A stretch of 24,000 nucleotides of DNA from Xanthomarina spongicola (lineage in GTDB: Bacteria > Bacteroidota > Bacteroidia > Flavobacteriales > Flavobacteriaceae). A model generated the notes under the pieces. It did no database searches. It was not told the DNA's origin and worked only from the letters and a program-made list of their open reading frames with translations. The translations under genes were made by a program, and so were the position numbers. Positions 17,420 through 24,000 of this stretch are shown piece after piece (position 1 is the stretch's first letter; the number at the start of each line of letters is the position of its first letter). The stretch spans positions 96,751 through 120,750 of the forward strand of contig NZ_QGGP01000005.1 in the NCBI RefSeq assembly GCF_003148645.1. The letters run 5' to 3'.

Positions 17420-18733
17420 ATGAAACTCATAAATTCCTTATACCTTTCGCTTTTTGTTTTCTTAATTATTGGCTGTAAAACATCACAAACTGCTGTTACA
17501 ACAGATTATAATCCTTCAACTTTTGAAAAATTGGCCAGCATGGAACATGTTGTAAGTATAGAAAAAAAAGATTTAGTAAGTCATTTCGATGAGAATTATG
17601 AGATCTGGTTCGAACAACCTATCGACTATAACAACTTGTCCAAAGGCACTTTTAGACAACGTGTTTTACTTGGTTTCGAAAATCCAACACAGCCTGTTAT
17701 TGTTGAACTTCATGGTTATGGTATTGGCTCTGGAAAGGCTGGAGAATTGGCCAATCATTATAAAGCAAATCAAATAAACATCGAGCATCGTTACTTTAAT
17801 AATTCTCGCCCAGAGAACATAGATTGGAATACATTAACAGTAGAGAATGCAGCTAAAGATCAAGCAAGAATTATAGATGCTATTAGAAAAGCGTTATATC
17901 CTAATACTAAGTTTATTTCTACTGGTATTTCTAAAGGTTGTCAAACAACCATGTTGCATCGTAGATATTTTCCAGAAAATGTAGATGCTTGTGTTTGCTA
18001 TGTTGGCCCTCTTAATTTTGAACGTGAAGACCCAAGGGTTTACGAGTTTTTAAATAATGTAAGCACTCAAGAAAACAGAGATAAAGTAAAAGCTTTCCAA
18101 GAGTTATGTTTTGAAAATAGAGCATCTCTTTTAGAAATGATGAAAGCAGCAGGAAAAGAAAAAGACATGTCTTGGGAATTTGGTGTTGATAAAGCCATAG
18201 ATTATACCATTCTGGAATATTCTTTTGCATTCTGGCAATGGGGAACACCAATTGAAAGTATTCCTGCTGAAAATGCAACAGCCGAAGAGATATACAATCA
18301 TCTTATTAGTGTTGTTGGTTATGGCTTTTTTGAAGAAAAAGCTGTTGAAGGTTTACAACCTTACTTCTGGGCTGCATTAACACAACAAGGCATTTATGGC
18401 TATGAAACAGCACCTTTTAAAGAATATTTAAATACCGAAGAAATATATAAATTCGAATGGGCTTTCCCTGAAGGCATTACCAAAGAATTCGACCCAGTTC
18501 CAATGCAGGAAATACAAACATTTCTTGACAATTCGGCTGAAGACATGCTTTTTATTTATGGAGAATATGATGCTTGGAGTGCTACTGCAGTTGAGCTAGA
18601 AGATGATGCATCAAAAAGAGAGGTTTATAAATTTGTGCAACCTAAAGGAAGTCATACTACAAGAATAAAAAGTTTTAGTCCTGAAACACAAAAAGAAATC
18701 TACGACATAATTGATGGTTGGTTAAAAGAATAA
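17420..18733 (+). CDS. Clan SC alpha/beta-hydrolase serine peptidase resembling families S28/S37, lipoprotein
   Basis: The ATG at 17420 gives MKLINSLYLSLFVFLIIGC|KT. The track start at 17393 is a TTG. S28-like blocks are present: WFEQPIDY....GTFRQRV, IEHRYFNNSRP and LTVENAAKDQARII, plus the nucleophile elbow GISKG (GxSxG). Confidence 0.65.
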   Translation: MKLINSLYLSLFVFLIIGCKTSQTAVTTDYNPSTFEKLASMEHVVSIEKKDLVSHFDENYEIWFEQPIDYNNLSKGTFRQRVLLGFENPTQPVIVELHGYGIGSGKAGELANHYKANQINIEHRYFNNSRPENIDWNTLTVENAAKDQARIIDAIRKALYPNTKFISTGISKGCQTTMLHRRYFPENVDACVCYVGPLNFEREDPRVYEFLNNVSTQENRDKVKAFQELCFENRASLLEMMKAAGKEKDMSWEFGVDKAIDYTILEYSFAFWQWGTPIESIPAENATAEEIYNHLISVVGYGFFEEKAVEGLQPYFWAALTQQGIYGYETAPFKEYLNTEEIYKFEWAFPEGITKEFDPVPMQEIQTFLDNSAEDMLFIYGEYDAWSATAVELEDDASKREVYKFVQPKGSHTTRIKSFSPETQKEIYDIIDGWLKE

Positions 18734-18832
18734 CATATCTATTTAGGTACTAAATTATCCAATATCAATACCAATTTCACCGATTTGTTACCATTATGTA
18801 ATTAGAATTCAAATTTTGGTTACCTTTAAATT

Positions 18833-19792
18833 ATGGATAATATTTTACAAATTGGAGACTCTTTTATTGAGCAAAACACTATTTTTTCTGAATTAATTCA
18901 AGAATTAAATCAGAGTTTTTCTAACAGCAATGTTATTGTTCCCCTACGTCATCATCACGATTTTCCAAATCCTAAAGTAGACTCAGACTCGACACTTTTA
19001 TTAATGCCTGCTTGGAATCCCAGTAAAATTGCAGGTGTAAAAATAGTTACTGTTAGCCCAGAAAACAGTCAATTCGATTTGCCTTCAATTCAAGGTACCT
19101 ATATTTATTTTGACGCACTAAAAGGAAGTGTTAAAGCCATAATAGAAGCTAAAAGTTTGACCGTTAAACGTACGGCTGCAGCTTCGGCTTTAGCTTCATC
19201 TTATCTATCAAGGAAAGATTCAAAATCCATGCTAATGATTGGCACAGGTGCTTTATCCATAAACCTAATTAAAGCACACGTTTCAGTTAGACCTATAGAA
19301 AATGTGTATCTCTGGGGAAGAAACATCAATAAAGCTGAAGCAATTGCAGCTGAACTAAAAAACGAAAAATTCAATGTTTACCCTATTCAATCTATTGAAG
19401 AGAAGATTTCTGAAGTTGATATTGTTTCTTGTGCCACCTTATCTAAAACACCTTTAGTATTAGGCGCTTATTTAAAACCTGGACAGCATATCGATTTAGT
19501 TGGAGCCTACAGACCTACTATGAGAGAAGCAGATGATGATACCATTAAAAAAACATCTGTATTTATCGATACCTATCAAGGTGGATTAAAAGAAAGTGGT
19601 GATATTTTTATTCCATTACAAAGTGGTGTTCTAAAAGAAAAAGACATTAAAGCAGATTTGTTTGAGCTTTGCTCAAATCAGAAATCGGGAAGAAAGAATA
19701 ATGAAGAAATAACTTTATTTAAGTCTGTGGGTCATTCACTTGAAGATTTAACAGCTGCTACTTATTATTATAACAAATTTAAAAATGAATAA
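18833..19792 (+). CDS. Ornithine cyclodeaminase / mu-crystallin family protein; by context a Delta1-pyrroline-2-carboxylate reductase
   Basis: 319 aa. LTVKRTAAASALAS plus the Rossmann segment MLMIGTGALSINLIKAH are typical of the OCD/mu-crystallin family. An 8-bp ATGAATAA overlap translationally couples it to the downstream Cys/Thr proline-racemase-family gene. Confidence 0.7.
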   Translation: MDNILQIGDSFIEQNTIFSELIQELNQSFSNSNVIVPLRHHHDFPNPKVDSDSTLLLMPAWNPSKIAGVKIVTVSPENSQFDLPSIQGTYIYFDALKGSVKAIIEAKSLTVKRTAAASALASSYLSRKDSKSMLMIGTGALSINLIKAHVSVRPIENVYLWGRNINKAEAIAAELKNEKFNVYPIQSIEEKISEVDIVSCATLSKTPLVLGAYLKPGQHIDLVGAYRPTMREADDDTIKKTSVFIDTYQGGLKESGDIFIPLQSGVLKEKDIKADLFELCSNQKSGRKNNEEITLFKSVGHSLEDLTAATYYYNKFKNE

Positions 19793-20852
19793 CACGTACC
19801 AAAATATTCTTAATAAAACCAATTTTAAACCTAATAGCAATTGGCTTCAAATAAAAACCATTGACATGCATACAGGTGGAGAGCCACTTCGTGTCATTCT
19901 TGATGGTTTTCCAGAATTAAAAGGAAATTCTGTTTTAGAATATCGTAGATATTGTCAACAAAATTTCGACCATTTACGGACTGCTTTAATGTTTGAACCT
20001 CGTGGTCATGCAGACATGTATGGTTGTATTTTAACACCTCCAAACGATAATGAAGGCGATTTTGGGATTATTTTTTTACACAACGAAGGCTACTCCACCA
20101 TGTGTGGTCATGCCATTATTGCTATCTCAACTTTGGCTGTAGAAATGAATTGGATAGACGTAAAAGAAGGTAATAATATCTTAAAGATTGATGCACCTTG
20201 TGGTAGAATCACTTCTTTTACTCATGTTGAAAATGAAAAAGTTACTGGTGTCAAATTTCATTGTGTGCCAAGTTTTGTAGTTAGTTTAGATAATAAAGTG
20301 AATGTAGATGGCATTGGAGAAGTAACTTATGACCTAGCTTATGGAGGTGCTTTTTACGCCTATGTGGATATGGCTAAAAATAATTTTGATTTTGATTTAA
20401 AACCTGAATCCTATCGCTCATTAATTTCAAAAGGCATGGATATTAAACATGCTGTCATGAAAAATGACAAAGAGATTACTCATCCATTTGAAGAAGATTT
20501 AAGCTTCCTTTATGGCACCATTTTTATAGATAATAAACAACAAGAGTCTGGAATAGATAGTCGTAATGTCTGCATTTTTGCGGAAGGCGAAGTCGACAGA
20601 TGCCCAACAGGTTCTGGTGTTTCGGGAAGAATGGCTATTCATAAAGCTAGAAATGAAATCACTTACGGAGAAGAAATGACTATAGAAAGTATTACCGACT
20701 CTGTGTTTAAAGGCTCCATTATATCTGAAGAAAATTATGGGCCTTTTAAAGCTGTTATTCCACAAGTTGAAGGAACAGCTCATATAGCAGGAATGCATAC
20801 TTTTGTTATCGATCCTAATGATCCTATGAAAAATGGATTTATATTAAGATAA
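19785..20852 (+). CDS. Proline racemase superfamily enzyme, Cys/Thr type: predicted trans-3-hydroxy-L-proline dehydratase
   Basis: The first catalytic position is Cys107 in STMCGH (codon 20103-20105). At the second position the usual DRSPCGTG reads DRCPTGSG, with Thr275 (codon 20607-20609). The Cys/Thr pairing is the signature of the dehydratase branch (e.g. human L3HYPDH, bacterial LhpH) rather than of racemases and epimerases. Confidence 0.75.
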   Translation: MNNTYQNILNKTNFKPNSNWLQIKTIDMHTGGEPLRVILDGFPELKGNSVLEYRRYCQQNFDHLRTALMFEPRGHADMYGCILTPPNDNEGDFGIIFLHNEGYSTMCGHAIIAISTLAVEMNWIDVKEGNNILKIDAPCGRITSFTHVENEKVTGVKFHCVPSFVVSLDNKVNVDGIGEVTYDLAYGGAFYAYVDMAKNNFDFDLKPESYRSLISKGMDIKHAVMKNDKEITHPFEEDLSFLYGTIFIDNKQQESGIDSRNVCIFAEGEVDRCPTGSGVSGRMAIHKARNEITYGEEMTIESITDSVFKGSIISEENYGPFKAVIPQVEGTAHIAGMHTFVIDPNDPMKNGFILR

Positions 20853-22142
20853 AGAATTCATTAAGGCTTCAATCTCATTGATTTCTATTGGCATAGCTTC
20901 TGTTAAGTTGATGTTCCCGTCTTTGGTTATTAGATAATCGTTTTCCAAACGGCAACCAATTCCTTCTTCAGGAATATAGATTCCTGGTTCGCAAGTTAAA
21001 ACCATTCCAGGTTCGAGAGCTCGAGAATATAAACCAACATCATGCACATCCAACCCAATATGATGCGCTGTGCCATGCATAAAATATTTTTTATACATAG
21101 GTTTCTCTGGATTTTGATTGGCAACATCTTCGGCCTTAAGTAAACCTAATTTTATGAGTTCGGTTTCAACCAATTTAGCCATTTGTGTTTCATAATCTGA
21201 AGATAAAACACCAGGTTTCAACAATTTGCTTCCTTCTTTCAAACAATGTAAAACAGCACTGTAAACCTCTTTTTGTCTTTCAGTAAACCTACCGTTTACT
21301 GGAAAACATCTGGTTGTATCACTATTGTAATTGGCATAACAAACGCCAAAATCCAATAAAATCATATCTCCAGATTTACAAACAGCATCATTGGTGTTAT
21401 AATGAAGTGCGCAGGCATTCTTCCCAGAAGCCACAATAGGCTTAAAGGCATGACGTGTGGCACCAGATTTTATTAAATTATAAGATAATTCGGCTTCTAG
21501 CTCGTATTCCTTCATGTTTGGTTTACATGCTTTCAAGACACGCTTAAAAGATTCCACGCTAATATTAGCTGCTTGTTGTATTAAAGCAATTTCTTCTTCT
21601 GATTTAATAAGCCTTAAATCTCGAGTGATTTTTGCTGCTCGATGATACTCATGCAAAGGATATTTTTCCTTGCACCAAAGAATCATTCGGTCTTGTTGCG
21701 TTTGTTGATTATGGGTCACACGTTTAATGTGTTCATTATGTCCCAAATAAATTCCATCGGCTTCAAAAGCCATTAATTGCAAGACTTTTTCAAAATCTTG
21801 AATCCATTCTACACGTTTTATACCTGAAATTTTGGTCGCTTGTTCTTTGGTTAATTTGTCACCATCCCAAATTTTAATTTGTTCATTGGTTTCTTTAACA
21901 AACAAGATTTCACGATTCTCCTTTTTAATAGCATCAGGATAAAGTACCAAAAGAGTTTCCTCTTGATCAATCCCACACAGATAAAACAAATCGTTGTTTT
22001 GGGTGAAGCCCATGATATCGTCTGCATTGTTATGCTTCACATCATTTGAAGTTAGAATAGCTAACGTATTAGCCTTCATTCTAGCAGTAAAATTGTTTCG
22101 GTTTTTTATGAATAGGCTATTTGGAATCTGGTTGTAACGCAT
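20844..22142 (-). CDS. M24B Xaa-Pro aminopeptidase / prolidase-type metallopeptidase
   Basis: Creatinase/prolidase N-domain plus a pita-bread domain with DFGVCYANYNSDTTR, HGTAHHIGLDVHDVG and EPGIYIPEEGIGCRLEND metal-ligand motifs. Confidence 0.88.
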   Translation of the reverse strand: MRYNQIPNSLFIKNRNNFTARMKANTLAILTSNDVKHNNADDIMGFTQNNDLFYLCGIDQEETLLVLYPDAIKKENREILFVKETNEQIKIWDGDKLTKEQATKISGIKRVEWIQDFEKVLQLMAFEADGIYLGHNEHIKRVTHNQQTQQDRMILWCKEKYPLHEYHRAAKITRDLRLIKSEEEIALIQQAANISVESFKRVLKACKPNMKEYELEAELSYNLIKSGATRHAFKPIVASGKNACALHYNTNDAVCKSGDMILLDFGVCYANYNSDTTRCFPVNGRFTERQKEVYSAVLHCLKEGSKLLKPGVLSSDYETQMAKLVETELIKLGLLKAEDVANQNPEKPMYKKYFMHGTAHHIGLDVHDVGLYSRALEPGMVLTCEPGIYIPEEGIGCRLENDYLITKDGNINLTEAMPIEINEIEALMNSLS

Positions 22143-22145
22143 ATT

Positions 22146-23393
22146 TTAAAAGGTTCTATCTGGATGAAACGGATTTAAATTTAATATAGTTTTTTTATCT
22201 GAAATAACTTCTGAAACTAATTTCCCAGTAGCTGGACCCATACTCCAACCCATCATGGCGTGACCAGTTGCTATGGTTAGATTGTCGCATTTTGAAGATT
22301 TCCCAATATAAGGCAAACCATCTGGAGATACAGGACGTAAACCTGAAGCCACATCGTTTTTCTCTTCTTCTGTTAAGGTGATATCTGGATAATAATTGTG
22401 TGCGGCTTTTGCAATAGCTTCTACACGAACTTTATTGATATTATCGTTAATTCCAGCAATTTCCATAGTTCCTGCAAAACGTGTAAATCCGTTCATAGGT
22501 GTAACTGCCACCTTGGCTTCTGCTAAAATGGAAGGAATTGTAATTCCTGTTGCTTGTGTGGTATTAATCCGATAGCCTTTTCCTGCTTGAAGCAATAATT
22601 TTAAACCTAATTTTTTACTTAATAAAGAACTCCACGAACCAGCTGCAAGCACAAATTCATCGGCTTTTAAAATTTGGTTTTGTGTTTTAACAGCTTCAAT
22701 TTTTCCATTTTTGACTACCAAATCCTCTACCTTTTCATTTGAAAAAAAAGTGACACCAACAGCTTTTAAATGCGCTTTCATTTCTGTCATAAACTCATGA
22801 GGTGTAGAATGTGAATCGCATTTATAATAAGTTGCGCCTTTAATATTCAAAGTTGTGTTTGGTTCTAGAATTTTTAATTCTTCGATGCTAATTTCACTTG
22901 CATCCAAACCTTCACGTTTTGCTATATGTGCAGTTTCAATTTCTTCTTCTAACATTTTTTCAGTTTGACATAACATGAGCAAGCCTTTCTTCTCATATTG
23001 GAAACTGAAATTCTCATCACGCTTTATATCATCGAATAAGTCTTGAGTTAATAAAGTAATTTCTTTAATGACAGGAATAGCTTTTTCAACGTGATTGGCA
23101 TTGCAGGATTTATTAAAAGCTAGTGTCCACTTAATAAAATCAGCATCTAAACGAGGTTTTATATATAAAGGACTTGCTGGATTTAGCATCCATTTCAAGC
23201 CTTTTTTCATAACGCCTGGAGCCGATAATGGTACCAAATGACTTGGCGATAAATAACCAGCATTGACATAAGATGCACCAGCGTCCATGTTGGATTGGTC
23301 AATTATTGTTACTTGATGGCCCTCCTTTTGAAGGTAATATGCAGAACACAAACCGATGATTCCGCCACCTATGATGATTATTTTTTTTGACAT
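22146..23393 (-). CDS. FAD-dependent oxidoreductase of the DAO / D-amino-acid dehydrogenase family; by context a candidate D-hydroxyproline dehydrogenase
   Basis: N-terminal dinucleotide fold KIIIIGGGIIGLCSAYYL and C-terminal GHAMMGWSMGPATGKL. The length is typical of DadA-like enzymes. A 3-bp gap separates it from the downstream aminopeptidase gene. Confidence 0.75.
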   Translation of the reverse strand: MSKKIIIIGGGIIGLCSAYYLQKEGHQVTIIDQSNMDAGASYVNAGYLSPSHLVPLSAPGVMKKGLKWMLNPASPLYIKPRLDADFIKWTLAFNKSCNANHVEKAIPVIKEITLLTQDLFDDIKRDENFSFQYEKKGLLMLCQTEKMLEEEIETAHIAKREGLDASEISIEELKILEPNTTLNIKGATYYKCDSHSTPHEFMTEMKAHLKAVGVTFFSNEKVEDLVVKNGKIEAVKTQNQILKADEFVLAAGSWSSLLSKKLGLKLLLQAGKGYRINTTQATGITIPSILAEAKVAVTPMNGFTRFAGTMEIAGINDNINKVRVEAIAKAAHNYYPDITLTEEEKNDVASGLRPVSPDGLPYIGKSSKCDNLTIATGHAMMGWSMGPATGKLVSEVISDKKTILNLNPFHPDRTF

Positions 23394-23412
23394 TGAGTCA
23401 GTTTATTTATGT

Positions 23413-23468
23413 GTTAATGAGTTAATGAGTTAATGAGTAAATGAGTTAATGAGTTAATGAGTTAATTG
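23413..23468. repeat. Tandem 8-bp repeat, 7 units (GTTAATGA x3, GTAAATGA, GTTAATGA x2, GTTAATTG)
   Basis: Read directly from the sequence. The last unit overlaps the stop codon (23462-23464) of the four-helix-bundle ORF. The array ends 19 nt upstream of the start codon of the FAD oxidoreductase gene on the minus strand. Confidence 0.95.
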
Positions 23469-23827
23469 TTTGGATATATATTCTTCCTAGCTTTTGAAAC
23501 AATCTTAAGGATTTCTAAAGCTTCGCTTATTAAAGGTTTTAAATCTTTTTCTGAAGCTAATTTTGTGTCTTTTAATATTTCTAACCAAAATAAGGTTTCG
23601 TCTGCTTCTTCAACAACTATGGAAATTTTGGCAAAAAACTCTTTTTGTGAACGAGCTATACAAGCGGCTCTATAATTTGCTGCAGTTGAAGTTACAGATT
23701 TAATAATTTGATAGCCAATTACTTTTGTAGCTTCCGTTTTTTTTATATCATCATAAAACAAAATAACATTTACGGCTAATTTCTTTGTTCTATCCTTTAA
23801 TTGCTCAACAAATTCTGATTTATCCAT
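23462..23827 (-). CDS. Four-helix-bundle protein (23S rRNA intervening-sequence protein / Avd family)
   Basis: 121 aa, predicted all-helical. The core IGYQIIKSVTSTAANYRAACIARSQKEFFAKISIVVEEADETLFWLEIL matches the family pattern Q..RsatSi.aN..Eg..r.s.keF..fl.ia.gS..E...wl. Confidence 0.8.
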   Translation of the reverse strand: MDKSEFVEQLKDRTKKLAVNVILFYDDIKKTEATKVIGYQIIKSVTSTAANYRAACIARSQKEFFAKISIVVEEADETLFWLEILKDTKLASEKDLKPLISEALEILKIVSKARKNIYPNN

Positions 23828-23843
23828 GATTTTATTTATTAGT

Positions 23844-23875
23844 TCATTAAATCATTGTTTCATTATTTCATTGAA
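23844..23875. repeat. Degenerate 8-bp periodic repeat, inverted relative to the 23413-23468 array (TCATTAAA, TCATTGTT, TCATTATT, TCATTGAA)
   Basis: The TCATT core recurs at 23844, 23852, 23860 and 23868 and is the reverse complement of the AATGA core of the left array. A further degenerate unit, TTATTAGT, lies at 23836-23843. The array ends 2 nt before the stop codon of the upstream truncated gene. Confidence 0.8.
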
Positions 23876-23877
23876 AA

Positions 23878-24000
23878 TTAAATTACCTGAAAACCAAACG
23901 CATACGGATCGTCTTCAGAATCTATGGTAATGGTATTATGTCCATAAATTTTCGCCCAACCTTGTATGCTTGGAATAATAGCTAATTTACCATCTAAAGT
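23878..24000 (-). CDS. Partial CDS (C-terminal 40 codons plus stop); second proline racemase superfamily member, candidate 4-hydroxyproline 2-epimerase
   Basis: The minus-strand frame reads TLDGKLAIIPSIQGWAKIYGHNTITIDSEDDPYAFGFQVI*. This aligns by eye with the C-terminus of the gene at 19785-20852 (VIPQVEGTAHIAGMHTFVIDPNDPMKNGFILR). The catalytic residues lie outside the window, so the subfamily is inferred from context only. Confidence 0.6.
   Translation of the reverse strand, partial: TLDGKLAIIPSIQGWAKIYGHNTITIDSEDDPYAFGFQVI

Noticed and set aside
17589-18278. 62-aa plus-strand (17589-17777, alternative frame) and 88-aa minus-strand (18012-18278) ORFs inside the peptidase gene
   Set aside because: Both lie within a CDS that has clear family motifs, and neither has motifs of its own.
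15306-18733. The glycosidase and peptidase lipoprotein pair as part of a polysaccharide utilisation locus
   Set aside because: No SusC/SusD-like pair, hybrid two-component regulator or ECF/anti-sigma pair is adjacent, so a PUL cannot be claimed.
20499-20798. 99-aa minus-strand ORF inside the dehydratase gene
   Set aside because: Antisense shadow ORF.
23413-23468. Whether the octamer array could be a CRISPR array
   Set aside because: The units are 8 bp and directly abut each other with no spacers. No cas genes or leader are present. It is a simple microsatellite-type tandem repeat.
23466-23675. 69-aa plus-strand ORF inside the four-helix-bundle gene
   Set aside because: The minus-strand frame carries the family signature, whereas the plus-strand frame has none.
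23462-23827. The four-helix-bundle gene as the Avd component of a diversity-generating retroelement
   Set aside because: No reverse transcriptase gene and no template/variable repeat pair are visible in the window. The flanking genes are metabolic. Sequence beyond 24000 cannot be assessed.
23402-23839. A 9-bp direct repeat, TTTATTTAT (23402-23410 and 23831-23839), as a possible target-site duplication of the four-helix-bundle cassette
   Set aside because: The copies are placed asymmetrically: one lies outside the left array, the other between the ORF and the right array. The repeat is low-complexity A/T sequence that is expected by chance in this genome, and it may simply be degenerate end units of the arrays.

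Overview
This is an AT-rich chromosomal segment whose gene content and synteny fit a Flavobacteriaceae (Bacteroidota) genome. I support 20 complete CDSs and 2 edge-truncated CDSs. No rRNA, tRNA, CRISPR array, transposase or integrase is visible. From left to right the window holds: a truncated amidinotransferase-fold gene; a DUF3124-like lipoprotein; an SDR plus M28 peptidase pair; an AraC-type regulator; pdhA plus a two-lipoyl-domain E2; cdd; the type IX secretion pair porU-porV, divergent from the gliding lipoprotein gene gldJ; murF; a GH63/YgjK-like glycosidase lipoprotein; an S28/S37-like serine peptidase lipoprotein; and a convergent hydroxyproline/proline-peptide catabolic locus. That locus contains an OCD-family reductase, a Cys/Thr proline-racemase-family dehydratase, Xaa-Pro aminopeptidase, an FAD-dependent D-amino-acid-type dehydrogenase, and the 3' end of a second proline-racemase-family gene. 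Most of the window is conserved housekeeping or T9SS core, and I found no defence-island-like or clearly novel multi-gene system. The one structure that ordinary annotation does not explain lies at 23.40-23.88 kb. There, a free-standing four-helix-bundle (23S-rRNA-IVS/Avd family) ORF is bracketed by inverted arrays of an 8-bp tandem repeat and sits in the gap between two hydroxyproline-pathway genes. Three ORF-track starts are probably too far upstream, and the corrected starts all yield lipoprotein signal peptides: gldJ, the GH63-like gene (TTG start) and the peptidase. All functional calls rest on motifs read by eye and recalled family knowledge; no searches were run.
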